A DNA stretch of 64,000 nt from an uncultured Pseudomonadota bacterium (GTDB taxonomy: Bacteria; Oederibacteriota; Muellerivitia; Muellerivitales; Muellerivitaceae), in contig CAVYRH010000008.1 of assembly GCA_963770835.1 (NCBI GenBank), positions 186,692 to 250,691 on the forward strand, written 5' to 3'. The notes below the pieces were generated by a model. That model saw nothing but the letters and a program-made list of their open reading frames with translations, ran no database searches and was not told the DNA's origin. The translations under genes were made by a program, and so were the position numbers. Below are positions 10,001 through 18,956 of this stretch, in pieces. The stretch's first letter is position 1. Each line of letters begins with the position of its first letter.

Positions 10001-10637
10001 TTCGGAGCGACTCGTTGAGGTTCCGGGCGATGGAAAGGCTCAGGATCATCCCAGCCAGCCCCAGGAAGGTTCCAGCCAGGGCCAGGAGCAGGTCCAGCAG
10101 GATTTTTCCGTCGAGGTCCGATTCTTTGGCCTGGATTTTACCGTCCAGGAACCCCAGGTAACCACGACTTGCATTGTCGAAATCGATGGTGATGTCTTTC
10201 AGGTAACGGGTGTAAAGCTTTTCAGCGGAATCGCTTTTTTGGGCCGTGGAGGTCAGGATGCCCAGGGGGAATTCGGCGCTTTTGAGCCCAGCCCCCAGCC
10301 GGTAAAGCAATTGGCGTCCCTGGGGGTCCTGTTCAACTTTGGATAACTGGACAAAATTGCCCTGGGCTTCCCTAAAGTAAGCCAGGGCTCTCTCCTTATC
10401 GGCCCCGTCCTTAAGGATGGCGAAATTTTTCCCTTTTGAGACGGCCAATTGGAAATCAGTGTCGGCGGCCCGGGCCAGCCGGGCGGCTTCATCCAAGCGG
10501 CCATCCTCCCTTGCCTCCGCCCGGATGGAAAAAAAACCAGCGAGGGTCAGCAGGAAAAAGGTGATGACGGCGGCGCCCAAATACAAGGCAAGCCTGGTTT
10601 GGGTTTTAGGACTGAGGGATTTTAAAAATTCAACCAA
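7062..10637 (-). CDS. Membrane sensor histidine kinase with six PAS domains
   Basis: Two TM helices flanking a periplasmic region, six PAS/PAC repeats, H-box AHEIRNP, NLILNA, DDGKG, GSGLGL; overlaps the response regulator. Confidence 0.93.
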   Translation of the reverse strand: MVEFLKSLSPKTQTRLALYLGAAVITFFLLTLAGFFSIRAEAREDGRLDEAARLARAADTDFQLAVSKGKNFAILKDGADKERALAYFREAQGNFVQLSKVEQDPQGRQLLYRLGAGLKSAEFPLGILTSTAQKSDSAEKLYTRYLKDITIDFDNASRGYLGFLDGKIQAKESDLDGKILLDLLLALAGTFLGLAGMILSLSIARNLNESLRSMQASQERFERFTEITKEGILIHENGIVVDLNQALAEMTGFRAVELVGTDGAAVLTKASAEKVHEFRKKGYPQDPYEINLRRKNGTLMPVEVHGRDFDFEGRRLRVASFWDLTERKKAEEALRRSEERFRAILDHSHEGITLVAEDGTAVYISPANKRLTGYEMEERAGRNVLEVVHPDDLPQAMGLLEELRKNPGKMLTAQLRLRHKSGEWLIGEITATNLLQNPDVEGILINFRDITEKVRAEETLRQSEEKFRNLIDNSYDVISITGKDRVMSYISPSVKRVLGYEPSERIGQGYAEIMHPDDVERIKEEFAKLRGKNGASWTVEFRLRHKDGSWRIVESTGTNLLENPSVQGIIYNLRDITERVEAQTALEHRERYFRSLIDKLYDVLMVMDSEGAVTYISPSVERVLGYTPGDLMGVKMIDLMHPDDAHRPGRIRAVQAAQMPGAVGSDRARLRHKDGSWRTVDYTGVSLVDDPAIKGVVTIFRDVTEQEKAENALRHSEENFRNLIEKSPDAILVNRDGKIVYANPKLLALLGYDEAEELLGKPNMTIVHPDDQKTVVERVQTLSEGRLTLPAEIHLVRRDGATLPAETASITIQFEGNPAIMVSLRDITARKQAEDAVRESQERYRSLVESMPDAVMVHDEENILYVNPSAVRMFGARSEEELLGKSFWVVVPHKFREQVRVRLMAVMESGAVNELAERKLKRLDGSLIDVLVTSVPFNDRGRRVVLAIFLDITALKEAERKAQKYQRLATLGEMAAGMAHEIRNPTAAISAQAQYLLKKLEGNSTAYEQLKDILQQCDRLETLVHDTLDYSPEKKFEERTEVPAKDLLQKALWLAQTQFGPSHARVKVILDVAEDMPPLKIHPTRMERVLVNLILNAFQAMPEGGNLLLGAKSPGNKVVLRVQDDGKGITDEEMTRLFEPFYTSRKMGSGLGLAICQKIAEEHQGQVRVERVEPHGAAFIIELHIEKESLL

Positions 10638-10814
10638 AGGGGTCTTCTGCTCTCGGTGATCGGATTAATTTTGCGTTGATGGAAATCGCGGGGTCAAATA
10701 TAGCAAATATCGTTGAGCACGATGAAAGTTCCTGGCGAGCAGGGCGGAAACAAGGGTTGAAGCGCAGTGATTATTTTGCAGTAAAGCCCTAAAAAGATCG
10801 CCTCTTCCTTTGGA

Positions 10815-13800
10815 TCAGTGGATAACCACGATTTTGACGGTTTGACGTCCCACGAGGCCGCCGTTGGCGGCATTTTGCAGCTCCACCACCGCGAGATAGA
10901 GGCCGCTGGCTAAGCCGCTGGTGTTCAATTGGGGTGGATTGGCCCCGTTGTCCCCCATAATCGGCGGTCCGATTAATTCACCGTCGACCGTATAAAGGCT
11001 TACCCTCAACAACAGGCTCATGGTGGAATTACTTCGGAAGGTCACCATCGTCGAGCCGCGTCCCAACAGGTTTGGCACCGCCATCACCACTCCCATACCG
11101 GTGCCGCTGGAGCGGTCATCCACCGATACCTGCTTGATCACGGTCGTTTCATCGCCGCTTCCGTTCGTCGTATGCACTTCCAGGAAATATTGCCCGCTTT
11201 GCACGTAGGACCCGTTGTTCCCCGTCCCGTCCCACACCACCGTCGTCCCGTTGCTCAAGATGATGTTCAACCGACTGGGCGCCCCGCCTCCCTGCCCTCC
11301 CGGCTGAATCACCGAACTTGACAACTGCACTCCCGATATCGTCGCCTGACCCGGATCATCGTAATAAGTCACCAGGTTCTTCACTTCTTCCCCCGCCTCG
11401 TTGTAGATGAGGATCGTCGACGTCGCCAATGACCGGCTCACCGTCACCTGCTGGGTCGTGCTGTTCACCGTTCCCGAACTGTCGATATTGTCCACCTTGA
11501 TGTAATAGACCCCGTTGGAGGCCGGATCGCCGTTGGAAGTTGTCCCATTCCAGGTCGCGATGGCAATGCCCTGGTAATACACCGTTACCGCGTTATCCGC
11601 ACCATGCAGGCTGGTGATGGAATCGCTTGACTCAATGGCAATGTTGTTGATCGGCTGGGAGAGTTGTTCCGTGTAGATCTGGTCGATCACCTCCCCCGCC
11701 TCGTTATACACGTCGATTTTCACTGTGTACTGCCCGATGAGGGCCACCGATACGCTGGCGGAAAGTGGCGCCGACAGGCCCGGGTAGGTCAGCTGGGCCC
11801 CGTTGACCACTGGCGTCCCCGCTGCCACAAAGTTATTCACCTTCGTCTGGTAGGACAACTGGTAGTTCCCCGGCGCGAGGCTGGCCGGAAGCGTCCAGCT
11901 CAAGAGCGAATGGGCCGCCACATAGAAAGTCGTCGTTCCCGCCGGTGCCGAATCAAATCCCACAAACGACACGTTGGCCGGCAGGGTATCCGTCACCACC
12001 ACCCCGTTGGCCGAGTTGGAGGTGACGTTGATATTCAGCGTATAGGTCAAGACGCTTCCGGACTGGGCCGTCGTGGGGACTACCTGCTTCTGGAAGGTCA
12101 CATTCAGCGGCGGCGTGGGGGTCGGGGTGAGGGTGGGGGTATTGGGGGCCGTCAGGGTGGGGGTGTTGGTCCTCGTGTTGGTGGCCGTATTCGTCGGCGT
12201 GAAGGTATCGGTCATCGTGGCTGTGTTGGTCGGGGAGGCCGTGGGGGTGAAAGTACTGGTATTGGTAGTGGTGTTGGTCGGCGTATAGGTGGCCGTCACC
12301 GTGGGGGTATTGGTCAGTGTGACCGTGGGCGTTGAAGTGTTCGTGTTAGTGGGTGTGGCGGTGGGGGTCTTGGTGGCCGTATTCGTGGCGGTGTTCGGCA
12401 GCGTGTTGGTGGGGGTCGGGGTGGGGGTGTCCGTGGGAGTAACTGTGGGAGTATAGGTGTTCGTACTAGTAGCCGTGTTGGTCGGTGTGGCGGTGGGCGT
12501 GGAAGTGTCGGTCAGAGTGGACGTATTGCTGGAGGTGTTGGTGGCTGTATTCGTGGCGGTGTTTGGCAGCGTGTTGGTAGGGGTCGGAGTGGGGGTATCC
12601 GTGGGTGTGACTGTGGGAGTATAGGTGTTCGTGCTAGTGGGCGTATTGGTCGGCGTAAAGGTGGCCGTCACCGTGGGAGTATTGGTCGCAGTGGCGGTGG
12701 GCGTGAAAGTATTCGTGTTCGTGGGAGTGTTGGTCGGGGTGGGAGTATTCACAAAGGTGTTGGTGGGAGTGGCGGTGGGGGTGTTGGTTGGTGTTTGGGT
12801 GGGTGTATTCGTGGGTGTGGCCGTATTGATCAAAGTATTGGTGGGAGTGGCGGTGGAGGTATTAGTTGGGGTGTTGGTGGGTGTGAAGGTATTCGTTGGA
12901 GTGGCCGTAGGTGTATTGGTGGGTGTCGCGGTTGCTGTATTGGTAGGCGTGGCTGTAGGTGTGCGGGTCGGCGTGTTCGTGGGGGTGGGAGTGTTGACGA
13001 AGGTATTGGTGGGCGTTGCCGTAGGAGTATTCGTCAGGGTTGCCGTAGGCGTGAAAGTATTCGTCGGAGTATTCGTGGGGGTATTAGTGGGTGTATTGGT
13101 CGGTGTGGCGGTGGGGGTATTGGTTAAAGACGGGGTAGGCGTAGCTGTGGGCGTTCGAGTTGGTGTGTTGGTGGGAGTCGGCGTAGGCGTATTGGTCGGT
13201 GTATCGGTTGGTGTATTTGTGGGGGTGGGGGTTTCTGTGGGAGTTGGGGTCTTCGTCGGGGTATTGGTGGGAGTGTTGGTCGGCGTATTGGTGGGTGTGG
13301 AGACCAGGGTATTGGTTGGGGTATTCGTAGGGGTGTTTGTGGGTGTAGGAGTCGGCGTGTTGGTGGGTGTGTTAGTCGGGGTGGGGGTCGGGGTATTCGT
13401 TGGCGTCAAAGTAGGTGTCGGGGTCGGCGTATTGGTGAGGGTATTGGTGGGGGTGCGGGTCGGGGTATTCGTAGGGGTGTTTGTTGGCGTGTTAGTGAGT
13501 GTGTTGGTGGGAGTCCGGGTCGGTGTGTTCGTGGGCGTATTGGTGGGACTATTGGTGGGCGTCGGGGTCGGCGTGTTCGTGGGGGTATTGGTGGGCGTGT
13601 TGGTCGGAGGAGGCGTGGCACAATTGGCGTTGGTAAAATTGACGGTATTAGACGTCACTGAGCCCGTATTCCAGGCACCTGCCGCGAAATTGGTGCTCAA
13701 ACATTGGGCCGGGTCGGTGCCGATATAATTGCTGAGGGCAAAGATACTGACAGCCGTGCAATAGTTACCCGGAAAGCCGGAGGGGTAAACCCAGGTAAGG

Positions 13801-14777
13801 GGCGAACTGCCTGAGAAGATCGGGCCGTATTGGGTGGTGGATCCCGATCCCGCGCAAAGGGGGGCCCCCGTCCAAAGGTCGGCGAAGCAATATCCCGGGT
13901 AAGGCGCGTCGGTGGCGAAGCCGGAACTGGAAGTCAGCGTATCCGAGAAGGTGGCCGGGCCGGAGGTGGGTCCTCCCGTATTGCAGATATTGATTACGAA
14001 GGTCACTGGCTGGCCAGAAACGATGCCGGCCGAGGGCCCTAGGATGGATTTGGTGATGGTGATGTGGGGGGTGGGCGTGGCGGTGGGGCAGGTGCTCGTC
14101 AAGGTGAAGGTTTGCTGAAAATAAAGGGACGCATTAGCCACCTGGTCCGCCAGGGTCGTGGAAGTGCTGTTCCCGTTTCCCCCGTCCATGTCCGCACCGA
14201 GGGGTGGAAGGGGGCCCCCGTTGATGGGGTCGTTCGCGGGCGTGTAATAAAAGGCCGGTAGATAAGTCACATTAACAGGCGTCGTCCATCCCGAAGGGAC
14301 ATAGGACGGTGACCACCAAGTGACCGCGCCTTCGCTAGGCGGGGGCGGGCCATTGGCCACCGGCTGGTTCCACATTTGGACGTTGCCGCTGCTGCTGGTG
14401 ACGTAAACGGTGGAACCTCCCATGTTCACGGCGAGGGACCAGGAGGCCCAATTATAGTGGGGTGCGAGGTTGTAGGATTGGACAGCGATGACGTTGGTGC
14501 CCAGCACAAGGTCGGCTGTGGGGACGGTGACACAAGGCTCGGTTTGCGTGGGGGTGAAGCCGGACATGGAAACGGCCACTTGGTTTCCGTTGATCCAAAC
14601 AATGCCGTAATCGTCAAAACCGCCGCAAAAGGTCGCGCCCATAATGGAACACTGGGCTTGTGCGCGCGGGATAATTCCTCCCACAAGGCAAAACAAAAGC
14701 AACAAGCAAAAGCCGGTGGACTTCAGCCCTGTAGCCCTCAAACCAGATTTGAATCGATTTAACTTTTTAACGTCCAT
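10815..14777 (-). CDS. Large secreted mucin-like Thr/Pro-repeat surface protein with DUF11-like and FlgD-Ig-like domains
   Basis: Signal peptide, N-terminal jelly-roll-like region ([10 protein letters not shown]), about 500 aa of TPTN repeats, LTYTLN...[14 protein letters not shown]...G.Y FlgD-like repeats, CTD-like tail. Confidence 0.85.
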   Translation of the reverse strand: MDVKKLNRFKSGLRATGLKSTGFCLLLLFCLVGGIIPRAQAQCSIMGATFCGGFDDYGIVWINGNQVAVSMSGFTPTQTEPCVTVPTADLVLGTNVIAVQSYNLAPHYNWASWSLAVNMGGSTVYVTSSSGNVQMWNQPVANGPPPPSEGAVTWWSPSYVPSGWTTPVNVTYLPAFYYTPANDPINGGPLPPLGADMDGGNGNSTSTTLADQVANASLYFQQTFTLTSTCPTATPTPHITITKSILGPSAGIVSGQPVTFVINICNTGGPTSGPATFSDTLTSSSGFATDAPYPGYCFADLWTGAPLCAGSGSTTQYGPIFSGSSPLTWVYPSGFPGNYCTAVSIFALSNYIGTDPAQCLSTNFAAGAWNTGSVTSNTVNFTNANCATPPPTNTPTNTPTNTPTPTPTNSPTNTPTNTPTRTPTNTLTNTPTNTPTNTPTRTPTNTLTNTPTPTPTLTPTNTPTPTPTNTPTNTPTPTPTNTPTNTPTNTLVSTPTNTPTNTPTNTPTKTPTPTETPTPTNTPTDTPTNTPTPTPTNTPTRTPTATPTPSLTNTPTATPTNTPTNTPTNTPTNTFTPTATLTNTPTATPTNTFVNTPTPTNTPTRTPTATPTNTATATPTNTPTATPTNTFTPTNTPTNTSTATPTNTLINTATPTNTPTQTPTNTPTATPTNTFVNTPTPTNTPTNTNTFTPTATATNTPTVTATFTPTNTPTSTNTYTPTVTPTDTPTPTPTNTLPNTATNTATNTSSNTSTLTDTSTPTATPTNTATSTNTYTPTVTPTDTPTPTPTNTLPNTATNTATKTPTATPTNTNTSTPTVTLTNTPTVTATYTPTNTTTNTSTFTPTASPTNTATMTDTFTPTNTATNTRTNTPTLTAPNTPTLTPTPTPPLNVTFQKQVVPTTAQSGSVLTYTLNINVTSNSANGVVVTDTLPANVSFVGFDSAPAGTTTFYVAAHSLLSWTLPASLAPGNYQLSYQTKVNNFVAAGTPVVNGAQLTYPGLSAPLSASVSVALIGQYTVKIDVYNEAGEVIDQIYTEQLSQPINNIAIESSDSITSLHGADNAVTVYYQGIAIATWNGTTSNGDPASNGVYYIKVDNIDSSGTVNSTTQQVTVSRSLATSTILIYNEAGEEVKNLVTYYDDPGQATISGVQLSSSVIQPGGQGGGAPSRLNIILSNGTTVVWDGTGNNGSYVQSGQYFLEVHTTNGSGDETTVIKQVSVDDRSSGTGMGVVMAVPNLLGRGSTMVTFRSNSTMSLLLRVSLYTVDGELIGPPIMGDNGANPPQLNTSGLASGLYLAVVELQNAANGGLVGRQTVKIVVIH
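12110..13612 (-). repeat. Low-complexity coding tandem repeat (TPTN/TPTA) with an internal duplication
   Basis: Tetrapeptide repeats with variable codons; block [33 protein letters not shown] occurs twice. Confidence 0.9.
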
Positions 14778-15123
14778 CTCCCAGAAAGCGCTTCCTCACC
14801 ACCGCCAAATAAAGCTTTTCGCCAAAAAAGACCAGCTCGGTGATTTTTAGGATGATTCAGGTGAAAAACTTTGGCGGCAAAGTGGTGTCTAGTTGAAGTT
14901 TATACCAGGATGGTCAAAATGTAAAAAAAAGCGGGGATTTTCGGACGACTTCTTTCGCAAGCAAATGCCAGGGCGGGTTACGAAGCGGAACTACTTTATA
15001 ATTTTGGTTTTTTTACTGAACAACCGTTGGAAAGTTTCTTTTTTGTTTAATAAACGCGCTTATGTCGGATTACGCATTAGCCTGGGTTAATAAAAAAAAT
15101 ATTTTCCAGCCAATTCACAACCG

Positions 15124-16551
15124 TCAATAAAAAACGATGTTATCAATCCAAACATCGGTTGTCGTGCTGGCATTCACTTGCCATTGGAGGCCAAAGAGGG
15201 CGGTGGTATCAAGTGTCAGGGTTGAAGGGCTGGACAAAGTGACGCTTGAAAAAGGCACGGAAATGGACGTCCAAGATGTCGTCAAGGAATTGGTCGTTTG
15301 GAAGGCCAGAACGGTCGTCCCGCTGCCGGAAGGATTGAAGAGGGTCACCGGCTCCCGTTCCTGGAGAAAGCACGTCGGCGACAAAGGCCCGGTTGTATTC
15401 TTCGCGCAGAATTGAACGCCTGTATAGCCATAATATTGGGCGTCGAAAAGGCCCGTCGAGGTGGAGGTGGTCAAATTGCACCCGAAACCAGCCCCATAGT
15501 TCGTAAAGCCGGCGTTGGTTGAAACTTCCACTGCGTCGTTGCTGGTTCCAGTGCAGCCATAACCCACGCCCACGCCACCCGATGCCATTGTGAACGTATA
15601 AGTCGGGGACCAAGTTACAGCTCCGGTTTTTTGAATACCTCCCGCGGTACCATCGTTATAAGCATACCAATAACCGTTCCGGCATTCGTTCAACAGAACC
15701 TGGTTGTTTCCATCCTCCATGTCATCCAACAAGGCCGGCGTTGAGGTGGGGGCGATGCCGCAAAGTTGCGGCGTGGGGGTGGGCACGGGTGACGTGGTAG
15801 CTAATGGGGTTGGGGTGGCTGTAGGCGAAGAGGGACAGTGGTCCGCGTTGTAAACCAACCGCATATTGTCGATATAGATATTGCCGATACCCTGTCCGGC
15901 GTTGGGGGTGCTGCGGTTGTAAATGATGTAGAGACGATCCATGGGAGCGGCCGGATTAATCACGCCGGCTGAAAAATTAATGTTCCAAGTGATCGTTTGG
16001 GTTCCAGCCGTGACGTTCGGGGCATCCGAACTGATGGGGGTAAAATAGACGCCAGTGCTGGTGGAATAGCCGACCAGGTTCATGAAGCTGTAGGTGTTCC
16101 CCGCCACCACCGAGGGGTCCACGGTGATGTCCATCTTGAGTTGGGCCACGGTGTTCCAAACATTGGGGGAAAAGCCGAACATTTGAAACATGGTTTGGTT
16201 GTAAGAAAAGGCTTTGATGATGTCCAAATCCAGGGAATGGGTCCCTTGGGTGGCCCCAAAATTGGAGAGGCCTAGCACCGATGAAAAAGTGGTTCCGGCG
16301 TCGGTCAAATCGTAATCATTGATGGTGATGCCCCGGTCGGTCACATAAAAGGTGGTGCCGTTGCTGGCGACGCCGGTGCTGAGGCTTTCAAAACCCTCGA
16401 ACAAGACGGGCGGGCAGGATTGAATGGGAACTCCGGCGGAAGTGGACATGGCAGAGGTGGGGGGCACACTGCTCTTGCATCCGGGGCCGAAGGCCCAAAG
16501 GATGGCAAAGGCCAGAAGGGCCGGGACCGAACCTAAAAGTTTTCTTCCCAT
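15124..16551 (-). CDS. Lipoprotein with two CBM-like (galactose-binding-fold) domains and a PT linker
   Basis: Lipobox-like GPGC; two domains ending IYIDNMRL and VWIDNIVFY; LLDDMEDGN...GYWYAYND resembles CBM11/CIA30. Confidence 0.65.
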   Translation of the reverse strand: MGRKLLGSVPALLAFAILWAFGPGCKSSVPPTSAMSTSAGVPIQSCPPVLFEGFESLSTGVASNGTTFYVTDRGITINDYDLTDAGTTFSSVLGLSNFGATQGTHSLDLDIIKAFSYNQTMFQMFGFSPNVWNTVAQLKMDITVDPSVVAGNTYSFMNLVGYSTSTGVYFTPISSDAPNVTAGTQTITWNINFSAGVINPAAPMDRLYIIYNRSTPNAGQGIGNIYIDNMRLVYNADHCPSSPTATPTPLATTSPVPTPTPQLCGIAPTSTPALLDDMEDGNNQVLLNECRNGYWYAYNDGTAGGIQKTGAVTWSPTYTFTMASGGVGVGYGCTGTSNDAVEVSTNAGFTNYGAGFGCNLTTSTSTGLFDAQYYGYTGVQFCAKNTTGPLSPTCFLQEREPVTLFNPSGSGTTVLAFQTTNSLTTSWTSISVPFSSVTLSSPSTLTLDTTALFGLQWQVNASTTTDVWIDNIVFY

Positions 16552-16607
16552 CGCGCTTCCTCCTTCCCAACAAATGCTACCACTTCAGCGGTATTTTTGC
16601 TTGGGGC

Positions 16608-18956
16608 CTAAAACTCGACCTGGTAAGTGACTTCAGTGAATTGCTCATTCTCCGTGCCCTGAGAGGGATTGTTGGGCAGCATATTCCCCGTCGTATAGTC
16701 GTAATCCAGGAACAGACTCGAGTTGCGGTTGACCTTGAACACGCTGGAAAACCTCAAGCTCTGAACGGATCCATTAACGTTGAAAACGGAATATTGCCCC
16801 AAATCCGAGGGATCGAACAAATAAGAGTATCGGGCCCAAAGCGTGCCCCCATACCCGGCTTCCGTTCCATTGGCGTTCCTCTGGCTGAAGGCCGCCGAAA
16901 CTTCCCAAACGGGCAGCACATCCATCCGTACCCCGCCGATAACCCAGGTGCTGGTCAAGGTTCCCAGGACACTGTTGGTTTGTTCATAACGGAAGTTGGT
17001 CCCCACCTCAATGTCCCGCTCAAACCCGATGGAGGGGCCCAAGTTGAAGGAAGGTCCGAAGTTGACGTAGGTAAAGTTCCGAGTTGGGAAAACGCCGCTG
17101 GGGGCGTCCACGGCGACATAATTGAGGCCGGGGCCCAAAACCAGGTTGCTTTGGATCTCGCTCGCCAAATAAGCCGACCCCCGTATTTTCAGGGCTTTTT
17201 GCGAAAGGGTTTGGATATCCATCTCCAATCCGACCCCATCGCGGTTAGGCGTGGCCAATCCGTAGGGGAAAGTGTTGTCCATCGTCCGGTCGTAAAAGCC
17301 GAAAATCGCCCCCGCCCTGGGAACGTCCGAAAGGAAATACTGGCTGCGAAGGGGCGCTTCGAAAAGGTCCGGGGACTCCAGCGAATTTCTTTCCGGCAAC
17401 TGGGTAACCGCGTCCTGCCGCGTCTGGGCCAGGGGAGCGTAATAGTAGGGTTCCACGTCCAGGTAGTTCAAAGAGATGCTGGAATCGCCGAACCGGATGT
17501 AGGGGCCGCCGATAACGGCATAATCGGTGATAACCCTTTGGGAATTCAGTTTGTCGTCCTGGTAGCTGGAATAAGCGTATTCGGCGGTGCCACCCAGGTA
17601 GAAATTGTCGCCCAAACCTACTTTCAAATCGGGTTTGACGCTGCCGGTCAAATATTGGTGGGCCCAGGTGGTAGGGTCGATGGGGTCGTAGGACGACCCA
17701 GGTTGTTCGGAATTTATCGGTTCGTCTAGGATGGTGCCATAAACGTCCAAACCCGCCTGCCAGGATGTCTCCCCCCAATACCATTTGGGGGACTTCAACC
17801 CGGCTGTCCCGCCGATGACCCAATCGGTGAACTGTCCGGGGCCGAAATACCAGCCGACGTTGTCGTTGAAGCCGTTTCGGATCATGTCAACGAAGGTGGA
17901 AGCCTTGAGTTCCCGGAGAACATCCGAATCGGGCCACAAGATATCTTCGCCCAGTTTGAGGCCCCGGAAAGGCCAATAGGGCTCGTTATTGAAAAAGCTC
18001 TCATACTTGGTGATATCGTCCTGCCGCGCCCACATTTCCGGCATGTAGCGCAGGTCCAGGGTGTCGCGGTTCCAAAGGGTCAGGGGGGTATAAGCCTCGT
18101 CAAAATCGCCTATGGTCGCCGACAGCCAATCGGGGTTGAATTGCATGGTGATGCGGCGTACCGCAAAAAGGGGAGAATCGTTGGGTTCCAATGAATCCTC
18201 AAGCCGCAAGATAAAATCCCATTTCACTTCCTTGGAAACCGTCCCGTCGGTGGTCATATCCAGGTAGCCCAGGGTTGAACGGACCCCCAAGGAAAGGTCG
18301 TAAGGCGAAAGGTTTCCAGAAAACTCCTGGGACAACCCGAAGGCCCGGCCCAAACCATGAAGGGCGATGGTCGGGTTTTGGGAAATTCCATTTAGGTGTT
18401 TCAAGAGGTCATATTGGCTCGAATCCACTTCATCTGCTTTGGCCTCAGCGTCCTTCACCTGGTCCTTCACCTTTTTCAATTCATATTGGTAGGCCTCTTC
18501 CAGGCTATGCAGACTCTTGACGGCTTCTTCCCGGGTGGCCGCTTTTTGGGCGGGCGTCAGGGTCACCGGGCCAGTGGGGGTGGCCGCGGTTCCCGCTTGA
18601 ATATTTTCGGGAGGGGGCAAAAGCGTGTCGTCCGAGGCGGAAGTGTTCTGGGCCACCACGATTTCCCCCGAATTTTTCTCAGCCTTCACGATCAGTTCAG
18701 CCACCTCGAAACGGGTCAAGGTGGAAGGCGCCACGTCCTTGTTAGACAGCCAACCCGCCTGGGCCAATTGTTTCAACTCGCCATAGGCAGCGTCGCCCGC
18801 CGGCACAATGGAAAAAAGGTCTTGGGAGGCTAACAGCGGCTTGTCTAGGATCAAGGTGCTTAAAAAAGCCAATGTTGAAATGAAAAACAGCCGATTTTTT
18901 AGCTGACACCTGATCCCTGGTGACTGATCGCTGTTTTTATTAGAAGGAGACTTCAT
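16608..18956 (-). CDS. Putative outer-membrane protein: SLH-like domain, coiled coil and beta-barrel (paralog 3)
   Basis: AYGELKQLAQAGWL...LTRFEVAELI SLH-like motif, coiled coil, amphipathic beta-strands, C-terminal YQVEF. Confidence 0.7.
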   Translation of the reverse strand: MKSPSNKNSDQSPGIRCQLKNRLFFISTLAFLSTLILDKPLLASQDLFSIVPAGDAAYGELKQLAQAGWLSNKDVAPSTLTRFEVAELIVKAEKNSGEIVVAQNTSASDDTLLPPPENIQAGTAATPTGPVTLTPAQKAATREEAVKSLHSLEEAYQYELKKVKDQVKDAEAKADEVDSSQYDLLKHLNGISQNPTIALHGLGRAFGLSQEFSGNLSPYDLSLGVRSTLGYLDMTTDGTVSKEVKWDFILRLEDSLEPNDSPLFAVRRITMQFNPDWLSATIGDFDEAYTPLTLWNRDTLDLRYMPEMWARQDDITKYESFFNNEPYWPFRGLKLGEDILWPDSDVLRELKASTFVDMIRNGFNDNVGWYFGPGQFTDWVIGGTAGLKSPKWYWGETSWQAGLDVYGTILDEPINSEQPGSSYDPIDPTTWAHQYLTGSVKPDLKVGLGDNFYLGGTAEYAYSSYQDDKLNSQRVITDYAVIGGPYIRFGDSSISLNYLDVEPYYYAPLAQTRQDAVTQLPERNSLESPDLFEAPLRSQYFLSDVPRAGAIFGFYDRTMDNTFPYGLATPNRDGVGLEMDIQTLSQKALKIRGSAYLASEIQSNLVLGPGLNYVAVDAPSGVFPTRNFTYVNFGPSFNLGPSIGFERDIEVGTNFRYEQTNSVLGTLTSTWVIGGVRMDVLPVWEVSAAFSQRNANGTEAGYGGTLWARYSYLFDPSDLGQYSVFNVNGSVQSLRFSSVFKVNRNSSLFLDYDYTTGNMLPNNPSQGTENEQFTEVTYQVEF

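Noticed and set aside
12110..13612. Possible CRISPR array or non-coding tandem repeat
   Set aside because: Repeats are 12-nt codon-degenerate units in frame within a CDS; no constant repeat with unique spacers and no cas genes
12625..13728. 367-aa Val/Gly-rich ORF on the plus strand
   Set aside because: Antisense shadow of the Thr/Pro repeat region
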